Shown piece by piece: positions 13,501 through 28,675 of a stretch of DNA of 64,000 bases. The stretch covers positions 1,268,223-1,332,222 of the forward strand of contig NMRA01000028.1 of assembly GCA_002633005.1 (NCBI GenBank). Direction: 5' to 3'. This DNA is from Phoronis australis (lineage: Eukaryota > Animalia > Phoronida). Each line of letters begins with the position of its first letter. Positions within the stretch are counted from its first letter, which is position 1. Both the position numbers and the translations under genes were made by a program. The notes under the pieces were generated by a model. That model did no database searches. It had not been told where the DNA came from and worked only from the letters and a program-made list of their open reading frames with translations.

Positions 13501-15961
13501 GTCATAATATGATGGATGGTAAAATTACAGGTATGGCCGCGCCTCTAAATTCCACCTACCACGCGGAGTGTGTGGTGCTTGTTGGTCCAAGAATTGGGTT
13601 TAAGGGATCGAAGATGAAATTTCGCACGGAGCAGCCATGAAATCCTTCCCACCCCCTGAATAATAACCAAGTCAGTCTACAGTAAACAAACGATATGACT
13701 GTGTGAACTAAGTTAATGTAGTCTACAGGTACAACGGGTGCTGGAAGGGTCCTGCGGCATTCAACATGTAGATTATCCAAGCAAAATCATATTCTACAGT
13801 CAAAATGTCTAATTAACTTCACTATTATTCAGACTTGGGGTTTGCATAGTTTTTAAGGGTGATTTGCGCAGCACCGCCTGGCGATGGTCATTAAAACAAA
13901 TATCTGTAACAAGCGATTAGCGAGCTAGGCTTTGAGTTTAAGTAAAGTCGTAAATTAACATTTAATCAAAGTTGTGTATTAGCTCGGATGAGTATGATAT
14001 ACACAGACCAACATAAATATTGGATGCGAATCAGTCATTAACATGCCCCGCGCCGTGTGACAGCGGTAATGCTCTCTGGAGGGGAGCCGCTAACTAGCGA
14101 TTACTCCCGTTCTAATGGATCTCGATTAACGTGAATCATGGCGTTTTTAAAGATTTCCTGGCTTCCGACTGCGCGACACAATGCGGCAAGGCGGTCATTA
14201 AGTTAGCGCGCTGTGACAATCAAACGGCTACCGTGGTTACCGTTCTCCCAGGTGCGGTCAGGGCTAGTCTGACTTGGACACCAGTCGCCCACAGGAATTT
14301 GGTAATAATCCATTTGGTCAACACTAAACGTTACACACAGGCCAGAGTCATGATAGAATTATACCGTGTTGACATTTAGCGTCATTTTCACCATTGTCAA
14401 GGTAAATCAAAATTCGTCAAAGCTGTGTTCAAATCAGAAAAAATGGTTATAAACATAAAATCGATTAGATTATTTTGGCAAGTTCGCCGGTACTAATTCA
14501 CTATGTTCGTAGTGAATGCTTATTTTGTATCCAAATCAAGGAAATGCCAGTTCCATTTCCCCACAATCAGACACCCAAACGCACAGATTTACACCACTAT
14601 TCTCTCTCTCTCAGCCTCCAGCCTGTGTTTTCGTAAAGAGGGAACTAAGCACTTTTGTTGAAATTTAACCCCACCTAATATTATTCACATAATTCACTTG
14701 AACACAACTTATTAAGACAGGCAAGTTAACACGTAGTAGAAGTTTTAAACAGTCTCAAACGCCTTCATTTTTGTCACCTATGCAAGTAAGTGTGAAAATC
14801 ATGTTGTCACATCGAGATACTACTTTTTATCTTAGTGAAGTTTGCCTTATCAAGCCTGGTACTGTATGACAGCATCTGCTTTCCGTAAGCTAATTGTCAA
14901 TTACACTTAAATGTGAGTGAAACTGAGCCGATGGCAAGTCCAATAAATTATTGTAACCTTCTAAATAAATTAATACATGAAAATCATGTAATGCGGGAGC
15001 TACTGCTTTCTATCTGGGTACTGACAGTTGGCTTGATAATTGCTACTGGTATTCAATCTTGTGTTTTTAACGAATTCCATCGACGTGCAGGTGTACAGCA
15101 CCAATGGCTATAGATGGCGCGTGCACTGTATGACCAGCGATGTTACTGCGCGATGTATTCTTGCGCCGACGGCGGTTTGTCTAGTGACACGAACCAACTC
15201 ACTGAACCGAGCACGTTTTACTGTCTTATCTTAGGTGGAAACACGATACGAAAATTATTTGTTAAACACGTATGATACACCCAGGTGACGCTTCGTTGTG
15301 AGTCTAGAAATTCACAGGCGTCGAGCGTGAAGGGTGCAAAAGTGTCACAATTTAAATCACGTGTTACCGTACCCTATTAAAATTGTGGAATAATTTTCAA
15401 GTGCCGTGTATTATCTAAATATCAAATAGTGAGTTTAATTAAACATTTGATACTTGCTGGCAGCGTAGAACAATGCACTTTTAGGGGCGGCAGTGTGACG
15501 TCATTGTATATGGACATAGCCACGTGATAAAAGCAGAATAAAGCGTGAATAAAGCAGAAAGTTCGACTGATGTCCAAAAAATCAGTCCAACGAAGTCTGA
15601 GTTTAGACACTATATCGTAATGGCACCATCTCGGATCAACCTTAGACCAGAAATTGTAAAGTCAACGCTGTGATGTAAATCAAAATCTCGTCAATCTACT
15701 TTACTTTATTGACAGAGTTAAGAGCGAGTCTTGACATATCGTACTGAGCCAAGGTAGCGTCCACACGACCATTTCAACATCAGCAAGCAGTGTTTTAAAG
15801 AGTTTATGGTGTGTTTTGCCGAAATGTTGGCCAACGGCCGGAGTGTACAGCGCGTTTATAGGCGAACTATTTTGTATACTAACCACATGTTGACAGAACA
15901 AGGCAGGTCATTCACCTTCGCCCAGGGCGTATATTTGTAACCAACATTCTGCCATGGTGCC

Positions 15962-16072
15962 ATGACAATGATGATGATGAAAATGATAATGAAGATGATG
16001 GCGATGACGACGACGATGATGTTGATGGTAGTGAGATGATGATGATGTGATGATAATGGCGACGATAATGAT
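15962..16072 (+). repeat. Degenerate (GAT/GAC)n trinucleotide microsatellite
   Basis: Imperfect ATG/ACG repeats. It explains the poly-His and poly-Ser ORFs on the minus strand. Confidence 0.9.
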
Positions 16073-17419
16073 CACAAATACAACTACTATTACTATTAAT
16101 AGACCCATTCATGTTAATATTACCGCAACTGTTACTTTTACACTGCGTATTATTACGGTTACCGTTATTCTTGACATAATTATTTCTATCATTTTTATCG
16201 TTTTAGTGAATTAATCGTTGTTGTTACTGCTAACATTTACCTGACCTCACAGTTTCATAATCCTTCAGCAAGATGTTTTGTATTTTGTTGGAAATATTTG
16301 CGCCTTATACATTGAGTATGCTCTTTGCGGGAAAGTGCAGATTGAAGGCGCACTCGACGCTTACGGAGAATGTAGCTTGCGTCTAGAGATTACGTTTATT
16401 CCATTTCCAGTCCATTACGATTACATAAGGACAAGTGGATGAAATGAAAATGTCATAGCCCCATTTATGAAATTACAAGTATTGTGACAATGAGATAAAT
16501 TGGAAACAACCTTGGCTTACGAATTCATAAAACAGCCAAGATATGACTCAGTCCCGTAATTGACAAGGTAGATTTAGATCAGTGGGCGTGTTGACCATCG
16601 ACACATCCCCTGAAGCCCCGGAAGGTGAACATGGCGCACAAACAACAATGTTTTGACGAGTTGTAATTAGCGATAGGTATCTAGGAGGATAGCTAAGTTA
16701 CTGTAATCAGATTGATCGACCGGTGAATTAATACATTTGAGACTTAGCGAAACAAAACGGTCCATCACCTGATTAAGAACGCTGATTGTCCCTGGTTGCA
16801 TAAACTTGCATGAGCGAACTAGTATGTTATCAGTGGTGCCCGTGGCCATAATTTCCGAAGCACAAACATTCGGGGGCGTTTTTTTCGGTCACATTGTTCT
16901 CTCTGTCATTCAGAGCCTATATTGGAAGAAACAAGGTATTCATTGTAACTGATTGCCTGTCGAATGCAGAGTTGATCACCTGAAGTCACGTCTAATTCAC
17001 AATGCCTCCTTATACCTTGGCCCCGTGATCTCATCGCCATAAACCCACAGTGGCTTTTTATTTCAACTTTCTTCATGCAAAAGTTTCTGCTAGCTCTTGA
17101 TATATTACACCTGTGCTGTGAGCTGAATTAGCAGTCAACCAAACCAGTGACGAGAAATCCACAAAATGTAGACAAATGTATTACCGATAAACTCGCAAGC
17201 GTTGAATATAACGCTTTTAGATTTCTGAGTGCATCACGCCTTTGACAACCCTTAAATATATCTTTTTTCTACTCTGCCATCCCCCCATCACGTATACGTC
17301 CTGATGTATGTTTATTTGTTTATGCAATTAATCATCTATTTAATGCTAATGTATGCATTTATTTATATATCAATGTGTTACGTAACTAACGATTCTGGTA
17401 TTAAACTTACTGTGTAGGA

Positions 17420-17654
17420 CGGACCACGATGGAAATGAGGAACTACGTTTCCGAGACACCTGTACATTGTTTTTCATTTTTATATTTATTTTATTTTATT
17501 ACTTTTACTTTTACCTTGGTCTTACTTGTCATCCTTAATTCAAGTTCGTATCCCTGTCTGTCTCTGTCGATCTTTGTGCAGCGTTGTATTGTATCTCTGT
17601 GTTGTATTGTATTACCTTATGGTAAATCGATGTTTAAATAAAACAATCAATCAA
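17420..17654 (+). mobile_element. Probable 3' tail of a CR1/L2-type LINE
   Basis: GGACCACGATGGAAATGAG, then a T-rich tract, ending AAATAAAACAATCAATCAA. A poly(A) signal followed by a short tandem tail is typical of CR1/L2 3' ends. No ORF2 remnant identified. Confidence 0.45.
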
Positions 17655-18979
17655 AAAGCACCAAGTTGGAAAAGTCTGAACTTTTTACTTCACAAAACAA
17701 ATGATTGCATAATGACACTCATTTTGACTCTTTTGCTGTAAAAATTATAGTGACATGCTAAGCAAGTAAAAGTAACGCTTGTTGTGTGAATTCATCGGAA
17801 AGCAAGATTAATAGGGCGTTAAATCATAGCGAGCAATTTGACGGAGCCGTTCAGTTTGGACCTTCTCCCTGGGAAAACCCATGTAAAATCAGTGTATGCC
17901 TTGAGCTGGTTATCATTGAAAAATGTAAAAAACTAACTGACGGTATCAGAATTTAGCCGGGATGATCCTTTGTAAAACTGCGGAATATGCTTTAGTGATG
18001 CGAAGTGGGTTAACGACCCACAAGGTAATCAAGTCCGGGTCCCATCGTGTATGGAGTCCTCAAGTATCCCGGCTATCGAGTCTAATAATTTCTCATGAGC
18101 ATGGTGTGGACACATGTCGAAAAAAACATCGAACTCTGTGTGTAAAACTCGAGTACGTTGATGGTAAATTGACAGCTGACTGATAGGCAGCATTTTGACC
18201 AGTCAGGAATAACATGTGATTAGAGTTAGATTTAGTTCTCTTGTGGCGGAACTTTTTGCACGCTCGCAATCAAGAAGAATGTCCTATAAACAAATACATT
18301 TAGTGTGTATTCCATGCCTGTATAAAAGGAACGTGGACGTGTTCCTAATCTTTGCGATCTTTCGAAGGTCTCCGGGGGCTTCGCCCTCATCTTCTCTACT
18401 TGGGACCTAATCATTCGCACAATACAATTTTCACCGTAGCTATCCGGGGAGGATGCAGGGATTTGAGTTGGGGGGCCAAATCGCGTGAGTAAAATGCGAG
18501 TGTATCGCGAGTTGGCCTACACTAGTAAAATTGAGGCCAGTGAAATCATAGATACTCGTTAAAAGATTAGCGACTCCGTCATATCTCGCGGCCTAACGCG
18601 AACTACTTCAGAAGGATTCATAACTTCCGGTGTCTTGGTGTCATGTAGCAACGATGGTAAACTTTCGTTTTTATTTCGCACATTTCGAGCAAATTTTTGA
18701 GTTTGAAATTAACTTACTGTGTTTTATGCAAACTCAGTCACGTAAGCAAGCCATACAAGTCGGATTTTTGCTACGAAACGCTCCGGAAAAACTTTACAAG
18801 TTGTTGTTGATCGGCCCCGCGACTACTGCGACAGTTCGACACAAAAATAGTCTATGGTGAAATAATTTGTCGGAGAGGCAGGAAGTTCAGTTGGGCTAGA
18901 ATCCCGTTTCCCTTCCATAAACGAAGATTTCTCGCCTCAAATGATTCGCAAGTATCTTGCGTTTACGGAACGCTGCCTG

Positions 18980-19065
<86 letters not shown>

Positions 19066-19092
19066 TGTGTGTATATGTATATGTATATGTAT
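18980..19092 (+). repeat. Compound microsatellite (TA)n(TG)n(TATATG)n
   Basis: Directly visible dinucleotide runs. Confidence 0.97.
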
Positions 19093-22000
19093 GTTCAATA
19101 AACACAAGCTAAAGAAGTTTTGATAAGTTATGTTCGTTACCAACGACCACATTTTTACAAGCTTTTGTAGTTACTAATTTTGACGGGCAGAGAAGCGCGT
19201 TGCGAACTCGAAAACACTGACCGAACGTTTGTACAATGTACGTCACTTGTTTTCTCTACGAATCGCAAAGTGATGTAATTTCATAATTTCCGCAGGAGTG
19301 AAAATTTTTGAGTGCTTAACAAATTTTATTTGGGTTTACTGTAAGCTCAACAAAATCATGTGAATTTCTGTCAAGGCAGGCTCTTTAGACCGAGATCTTA
19401 GCTTTCAAAATAGCTCATGGAAATTCCATTGATAGTTCAGAAGTCCTCATTTTGTGAAAGCCAGGTTCCCCGAAAAAGACGTGGCAAAAAGTTTCAAACC
19501 ACTAATAAAATAGAGAGAAAACCTGAAAATTTCTTGCGAAAAAATCAAGTTTGTGGCGGTTACGGTCCTCTTTGTGAAAAAACAGGATTTGACTTACTAG
19601 GGAACAAAACAACGAGATTTCTATAAACTCTTGACATAAATTTTCCGGTGAAACCTTGCCGCTCCCCTCCGACCATGAGTGAAAAAGAAAAAAAGAATAG
19701 GGACTGGCATGCTTCTTTTACACCTGTCACGTGATCTTCTGGCATCTGTTTCACGAAGCCCTAAGTCAGAAACTTCGGGTGCGTCTCTATAGTACGAAGG
19801 TTCATTGGTCCGAAGGCTGGATAGTCTGAACTATTTCAAAAAATGACAACGAAACTCGACGTCTCTTGAGTCCGAAATTTCTACAGACAATAGAACTTTT
19901 GGACACGAACCCAAAATTTCGTTCTACACAACAAGTGTAATGCAATCTCAGTTCAGCAAAAAGCACAGTCTTTAAGAATTTATTCAAGTTTGTAATTAAT
20001 TTGATAATCTCAATTAGTAGAATCCGGTGATTGGTTGACAACAGTGTATGAGAGTTTGACGGCGCCAGGACTCGTAAATACGAGGCAAATGTGAGTGTTT
20101 CGGAGAAAATGCATTGGCCACCTCAAGTACACTTAGACCACAACTTAGTTGGAGAATTGTGGGAACATCTGTTGGAGAATTGTGGGGACATGAACCATTT
20201 AGCCCCTCTCTTAATCTGCCAATGGTTTTTCGGTGCAACATGATCACGTGGCGTGATCGGAACAAGACGGGACGAGGATTGAAGCAATATTCATTCGATG
20301 CTCTCTCCCGCAAATTGCCGAGCAACTAGTTTCTCACGGAATTTTCACTGTAATTTGAGAGCCCACTGACCCGATCCTACGACAAAATTGGTCGCGCCCA
20401 ATATAACTGGAGAGCAGTCATTATTTCCTTCAATACCGCGAGAAATAGTCATAGCTCTGTAACATGTGGACCTGTACATTATTATAAAAGTCTATGTCTC
20501 AACGCATAATCTAATTGTTCTTAATGGTAGTCAAGTCAGACATTCACTATGAAGATATTACATACGCCGATATTAATAGCTATACATAACCTGCACAATT
20601 TAAGATTGATGTTTAAATGGAAGACAGGAAACTTGTTTGAAATCCAATTTCAAACACGAAAGTTCACTATGACGACGTCATGAGGAATATATACGTGGAC
20701 AGAGCATTACTTGATACAATGAACTAAGCATTGAAAGTATCTTTTTTAAGACATAAAAATAGTATTGACCAATTGTACAACATGGTTGAAACGGATATAC
20801 AAACTTAGCCTTCCATCAAAGAATATTTTGATTTAAACTATTTACAGCTGTAAAACTGATCTAGAATTGATCGCAGCTCGGGTGTTTCTGGGTTTGGAAG
20901 AACTAGCGGACCATGCGCACAAAATATCATTCCGCGGCAAGCAAGTTTGAAAAACTGGTCTCAACTAATAACAAATTATATGAATAATTCCAAGCCCAGA
21001 AACCAACCCTAAGTTCAAAACTGAGATCTATTTCATGACGGTAAGTTGTGACGCAGTCTACTGGAGTCAACCTATGTAACGGAAACATTGAAACAGATTT
21101 CTATCTCCATATCAACGAAATCCATGGCGTGTTGAATCATTAAAACGGTATTTCAGTTGGAAGAGTAATTATACTACCAGTCATCATTTACGGTAACGAA
21201 ATTGAGCTTGCTTTTTAAAAAGATTAGGCTGATAATGCAAAGTAAGCGTGTATCTGTTTACTTTACAAGTCTATAATAGTTCAGTAGGCCTGTTTTTTAT
21301 CGATCTCTGCAATTAGGGATAATTAAAAAGTACCCGTCGACACTCTGAAACAATGGGGAAAAGTCCTTGCATGACTGTACAAGACAAGTTCAACTGAAAG
21401 GCAATGACCTGACAACGATATTGGTAATTTGGCCAGCATATAATGATAAATAACAACGAACGCAAAATTGCTCATCGTAATCAACAACGGTTCGGGTATT
21501 TTCGTAACCTCCAGTTGTCCGCCTAAGATGTTTCAAGTCTGCGTATGTGCGAACTTCAATTAGAACAGCACAGGGATTTGGCCAACAGGTGATTAAAATC
21601 GTGACTATTCCGTTGTTTAGTGGTGATGTCTCTGCCACTCCCCCGCAATTAGGGCCCATAAGTAGGAATAGAAGTGCACAGTCACATCACATTTTCAAAA
21701 TGTTTGCAGGTCTTGAAATTTTTTCCAATTCATGTAACCATGGGGGCAATATGGCACTTGATTTTTTTCCAAAATTGTGTGCTTGCATTAATCGGTGTGT
21801 TTCGACAACGGTGTGCACCCACTGTATGCTCCCAGGAATTTGAAAAGGAATAAGTTTGACCAGGTCCATAGCCAGGTAATAGTTTTCCTAGTCCTTCTAA
21901 GTTAGTTATTTACAACGATATGTACGTCTGGCCTAATTCACATACCTGTCTTTAGTTTTAGCATTTAAATTTTATTTGACTGAGTCTAAAACGTCAAAAT

Positions 22001-25000
22001 GACGTCATATTAAACAAGCAAATATTCTACGTGGGTCTCAAAACGCGTAATAAGCGAAGTCATTCTCAATTCGTGGTCTGTTATTTCACGTTTTAGCCTG
22101 ATAACAAAATTTTTAATACAGAATATGAAAACATCCAAGGTGTTCCGGATGCTCCGTGGGATAATTTGAGGCTACGGAAATACCCGAGGTATTCCGGATG
22201 GGATGTTATCCGGATTCAGGTTTCCGGAACATATATCACAGAGATGAAAATTACAGCAAAAACACATATACATAATAGACTGTCGTGAGTACAGCACAAC
22301 ATGAGGTTACTGATCGTAGCAGGTTAAACCGAATGTCTAAACGTTATGTGTGACACCCGTTTTTGTCGTCTTTAATGAATTATAAGAGAACACATAAAAA
22401 GTGCAATAACCTGTCATGATTGCAATCATTAATCATACAATGTTCAATGTGCCCAGCTCTGTTCACATGACGTTTGTTTACATTTCTTCCATACATTCTA
22501 TTCATTTGCATTTATTCCGTCTAAACTAATTGAAAACGGGGATCTGTTTAGATGACGGTTACCCATGAGTTAGTGCTATTTGACTTAAAGTGGCGAACTA
22601 AAGTTAATGACAAAAACCATATTTTGTTGGAATGACACAAGTATTCTTGCGTTGTTTACGTTATCAAGGTGACGTTTCCCTTCGTCTTGTGGCCGAGTCA
22701 TTATTTGACCTTTAGAACTCAATTTCATTAGAGGATTTGGTGACGGTACGACAATCCAAGGCTATGATTCTTAATGACAGGTATCGGGTCCAAGCCAGAG
22801 GAATCAACTCTTTAAAAGACCATAAACGCAATAAAAGGAGAAAATAAATTGTTGCCAGAATGTATAACTTGAGAGATTTATAGCTAAATAATGACTGTTA
22901 GGGGAAATTTTGTAAAACAGTTTTTGCTTTCGGGCGATATGGGTTGGTTCGAGTTTTGTTACCTGGTGAACTTCTCAAACAGAAGTCGTTTTGTAGCGAA
23001 ATTAGATTTAGCTGGCTGAATTGGGTTTTCAAAAAAATATGATTTTATGTTCATGTCTGATAAAGCATGTTATGCTGAATGACTCGACACTACAGCAAGT
23101 CTTCCACGTTGATTTCATTTTTTTCTGACACCAGCCTCAAAATTTGTTACCGGCTCAAAGAATTTGTTTGAAAGTTCAAGTCGCCCGATTCCGTCAGATC
23201 AGACTACGTTCTTGGTAATCACACAATTGCAAACCGCAGAACGTTATGTGACTAACTAAACTAATGCAATAAAGAGACCGACCTTCTTGTACATTTAAAG
23301 ATCAGGAGTCTCATCTCTCGACTAATTGCACAGCATGCTCCGAGTCAACTTATGAATTTGTGCTTGAGTAATGAGGCATGGGAGGTTAAATTTCGAATGG
23401 AATCGACCCTGAGCTCGGGGACAAGTCTTCAGAACCTGGGGCCATGTCAGGTATATAACAGAAATGAAACCATTTGAATGCAGATATCTGTCCTGTACCA
23501 TCTAACATATGTACGAATACACATCAGAGCATTGCGTTAGATCTAATAATTGTTGTTGTTTAGTAAGCCAGGTGCGCACTGTTGCGGCAAGACGTGACTC
23601 AACGCCTCTGGATTGTCGCAGACTAACATTATCGACTAGCAGCTGAACTCTCACGAGCGACTCACCTCACCATTCAGTCGAGCCGAGTGAGTCTTTTTGC
23701 GTGGTGTGCAGCGGGTTTTACAAACCAAAGCCAATGCCACAAATAACACTCAAGTATGAATAAGATGTGATACTACGCACCAAGAAATAAAAGCTAGTGA
23801 AAGAAGCGCGCTTGCGCTGCAAGAAAACCATTCCTACAAGGCACAGGCTCATGGTAAACATGATGACCATATCTAACTATCAATTCAGGTTAATTAAACT
23901 TTTATTCGTAAATCCTTCTTATTCACCAGTTGACACTGGTCCTAACTCATTTAACGGTAACTGTAGCATCTTTATGGTAATTCCATCACGTTTTTCATCT
24001 TATCGTATTTACCGACCTTAAAATAACGGTACAAAAATCACAAAATCAAAAGATGATATCACGTTTATGTTAAAGATATTGATAACAATGTGTTTATGAA
24101 TGAGTACTGAATAACTCAGATGTTCGATTTATTCAAGATATCTGTTGACGTCCAAGTAATATCTTTCTGTGTACATACTATATGTTGTATGAGTGTCTGT
24201 TAAGCACCAAGACGTTGCAATACCTGTGTCCTGAGTCACACAAGAGGTCATTAATTTCAACCTTACTTTCACCGGGAAATTTATGACGCTGCTCTGACTA
24301 AAGGCGTTTTTTTTTTAAACATGGCCGAAATGGGAGCGGAAAGAAAATGACAGCTCCGTCAAACACAGCGTCAGACGCAGCTTGCAAGCGTGGATTGGTT
24401 ACTTAAAATGCAAATATATGGGCGATGTAAAACGGTGTATGTAAATATGTAAATAAGGTTGTAGCGTTTCTTTATGTAGATATGCGTGTGAGTTATTCGC
24501 TACTTGTGTTGAGTGCAAGTGGTTTTATTGACAGTCAGTAATTAACCATGGGTCTCATTACGAATTTCGAGTCTTGATCAAACTCAGTTGTTATTGTTGA
24601 TTTGAATTCGAGATTCGTAATACGCGACTGTCGGTTTACTGACAGAATAAAACAACTTGTGTTATGACTTATCATGTAGTAGAGTTATGAACATGTATCT
24701 CATTTCATACCATTATTCAAGGTTGAGTCGTGGTACAGACCGAGTAAGAAAATCCGAACTCTTTTAATTTAGCTCGTCGTTTTTCACATAGCGCGGATAT
24801 CTTTGTGTTATTGTTCACCCGGTAAAATACGACACGTGAAATAATATTGACTATTTGGACAGGTACGAAGGCTAGGTAGAAATTCGATACGCGCTTGAGT
24901 TCAGCTTGACCTCGCTCTGTTCTGCCTGAGGGGTCGAGATCGATGGAGCGCCGTATATTTATCCCAGTATGCGGCGGAACCTGTCGCAAGGAGAGCCACT

Positions 25001-28000
25001 TACAAAATGCATGCCCTCGGGTGCTCTAAACTTTCGGGAGTGGTCGGGTCATAAGTTGATTAGCCCAGCTGCAAAATCTTTCCCACGACGTTGCCATGAG
25101 TGAACTGTTAGTAAAATGTAGTTTGAACTAATTTCATACAAACTTTAATTGATGAAAGAAAGAAACGGAATATTTAGTTAAATACCCTGGCCAAGACTGT
25201 CCACGTCTCCCGATCGGACGAAATTAGATTAATTGAATTTTTCTCCGTCGACAAAAGGTCTCATTTGCGCTAAGACAACGGAAGCTTATCAGGATGAAAG
25301 AAAACGTTTATCCTCGAGGGAAATACAGGTGTATTTCCCGCAAATCAACCCAGTCGTGGTAATTGACAAGCTGATTGGAATCCGACAACACCGCACCAAT
25401 ATTGAGACACTAACTATTATCATCACTCCTTTGGCACTTCGACATTTTCAACAGTAACATTCGGACGTCCATTGATTTTGACTCCATGCTTTAATTAAAA
25501 CAAGTATACGGTGATAATAGGTCTTTCACATGGTGATCCTAAGTAGCGCTATCTATTGACTAATTGCAGAACCAATACCAACGCCGAACAAGCACAAAAG
25601 ATGGCAGCACACTACAGCATCGCTTGAACTATCTTGAGGGTGGCCGGGTTCACTGCTTTTTATATGTTTTTTAGGAAGATTCGTGTTTGGAATATTCGAC
25701 ATGCCCATTGCCTCACGGACCGATTCTTTTATGGATTTTGTTTACTGCCACAACAGGATTGTATCCCCGGGATTTTAACACTCGCGTATTTTTTTCTTGT
25801 AGGCCTTAATTAGGAAGAATCGCAAAACAGAATAACCCACTTATAAAATTAGCGTACACTGAGCACATAAGGCTAGAGAATGATATATGTCCGGGTACAC
25901 GACGATAGTTTTAACGGGTTGGGGCTGCAGATGGACATTTAAAGTTCCAAATCATTTACAGAATGGACTTAATTGGAAATAAAATCTGAAAGACACCTTT
26001 TCGTAAGGAATTTTGTCAGGATAGGCACCATTTCGTGCGAAAACCGGAAGTCAAAAAACACCCTAACGAGTGACACGTCCCGTATATGGATAGGTGTTAT
26101 AGAACATCCCATTCGCTTGGGAATGAATTGCGTTTTCAGAACACTCAACAGAGGACATTTCATAGAGGGGTTTATTTCTAGTCTCCGAAAGATGGCAGTG
26201 CTCTTGACAAATTGCAAACTAAAATTGACAGTCGTCAAGTTCTGAGAGGTTCTCGTCCACGAACCGGCGCACTTGAAACTAAATTAGTCTCTGCCCAGCC
26301 GGAGACTTAACGGCTCCAGTCTATTCTGGCTCGTGATGGTTCATAGAAATGACGGCGAGTAGGACTGGCCCTCCCAGCAACGGCACAGATTAGTTCGTCA
26401 TCACCGAAACTGTCTTTTCTTTCTAACTATACGTTGATGTCTGTTACAAGACTGGATTTATAATCTTGCTATCAACATACGGTTTGGCTGCGGTGGTGTT
26501 AGTTCGCGGTAAATGCGTCGCATTGGTGCGACATCTATCGGGCTAGTCATCTTACTTGACTTTCCAAATAAGAAACTTGATTTTGTCAGGAATTCGACTG
26601 CGCGGTGCAGTCTTCAAGCAAGCTAACCTAGAATTGCCAAACAACATGTAGAAATTGACAACATTCTGCGAGTACGCTCAAAAATAATTTGGCAATGAGA
26701 CAATTTACCAGAATGGATTGCAATAGAAGAAAGGAAATCCAGTTATCAAAAGCAGAAATAATTACTTGGCTTTGCTTTTGATGCCCGATATTACAAGATA
26801 AAGTCATGCTTTTTGGTCTGAAAAATGTTACATGGGGAGATATATCTGACCGGATATCAGTACGATAATACATGCCAGTGTTGGTTCACGATGTAAATGC
26901 AAAGTCTGAAGTAAATATAAAGCAAAGTAAGGAATTTGATACCGCCCAAAAGTCTTGCCTTGTTTTAAGAGCACTGTTGAGTTACACTTCTCGTGGGAAG
27001 ATTTTTTTACGTCTTTAGAAGCTGTCTCGAAAACAAAAACAAGAGCAACGTAGAACCTTGACACGCGAACACCGTGTGCATCACGTCCAGCAAATATAGC
27101 AAGGTTGACCATTATTTCAAAGTTAACATTCCCACTAGAGAAAGCAGTACCAACAATGCTAACATAATCCGCTCCTAACGCTCACACTCAAAGCAAGCTC
27201 TACAAGAGTCGAATTCCGCGAACATACATCAATCAGTTTGGTAGGTGCCAAGACGAACGTCAAAAAATATTACTGCCAAAGCAAAACGCAGCGCTAATGG
27301 CATCTGTCCGAAAATTAGAGGTAGTATTTTCTGTAATAGAACGTAATTGCTAAATTTGTTAAAAAAGTGGTTTGACATGCAGAGAGATTGACGCCAAAAA
27401 CTTAAAACTGTCACTGGTGTGTGCAGTACAATTCACATTTGTCCGAACATTGACAGGTGCTATGCCAAACAAACATACGAGCAATGTTTCATAACTATTT
27501 CTTACACGGTTCCATTGATACAGCGGGGGCTGCAGAAAAAGAAATGGCCGCAAGGGGCACGACATTCACATGACCCGTTCAATAACTGATATGGAGAAAT
27601 TTGGCAAATTTTGTGAAGTTCCGTCACATGACTCGGCGGTTAGAAACAGAAAAAAATTCAAATTCCCCAAGCACACGCCACAAGAGTCAGTTTAATCATA
27701 AGTGGTCTAAATCAAAAACGATTTTTATAAAAGGCAGGTTTCGAACCGCTTTAAATTTCAGATACCCAACAGAACGTCGTGGATATTGAAGGAGACGCAA
27801 GTTAGCATTAAATCACCACAAGGGGGCGCCATAGAAAATAAAGTCGGCTATACCTTTTTCAAAGGGACACACCTGCCATCTTTCATTATGATTCTTTAAG
27901 CAGTTTCGTGGACAGGGAAGAGGGCGACAAAATGACGCGGCATAAGTCAAATCCCTATCAAACGAGGCAGTTGATATCGTCTCCGTAATATAGCGGTACC

Positions 28001-28184
28001 TAAATTTCATGAACATCTATCAAGGAACTTCCCTGTTGACCATTTTTTATTTTTGAGTATGCATTTGGCTTCGACGCCTCTATCAGCGTAACCCGCCGCT
28101 TTAAGAATTATTACCAAAATCAGCATGTCGGCGTGTTCTTAGTGAGAAGAGCACGGCTGGTGTTACTTTTTGGTTTGTTTCGAC

Positions 28185-28675
28185 TACTGTGGCGCCCCCT
28201 AGAAATAGTTTTTGCCTGAGGCTCGATATCTACAAAGTTCCATCCGAGGCTTCATGAAATTTGGTATTGGTGTCTCCAGTGACGAGTCTCGGTGGGTCCC
28301 TACGTGCCTAACGACCACCTAGTGGTAAGCAGGGAACCAGCGTGGTGACGAGTCTGACTTCTATGGCGTCCCCTAGTGTCAATTTTGATTTTCTATACGC
28401 ATCCCTAAACATCTACCAAGTTCCGCAGAATAGGTGGAGTCCGTGTCTCTTTCACAAAAACCTATGTGGCAAACGTCATGAAAATTCCCCAATCTACTCG
28501 GGGAATACAGAGGAAAACGGAAAAAAAAAGAAATTGTCCGACACCGCGAAAATTTGCTTGTGTCGCCCCATCCAGGATAGGACTATCTGGAGATGGAACA
28601 GCGGACGCTGGACGTCGGACGGACGGAAATGACGACAATAGGTGCCCACATTTGTATACGTGGACGCATAAAAGG
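28185..28675 (+). mobile_element. HINE/Helentron-like non-autonomous element remnant
   Basis: (GGAC)n microsatellite at ~28617-28626, then an imperfect GC hairpin (GTGCCCAC...GTGGACGCAT) and an A-run, resembling a DINE-1/HINE 3' end. 5' boundary uncertain. Confidence 0.4.

Noticed and set aside
14053-14070. GTGTGACAGCGG partial match to miR-210
   Set aside because: The 5' seed region does not match and there is no complementary hairpin arm.
15908-19152. Poly-His/Ser and HTHT/CVCV ORFs
   Set aside because: Translations of the (GAT)n and (TG)n microsatellites.
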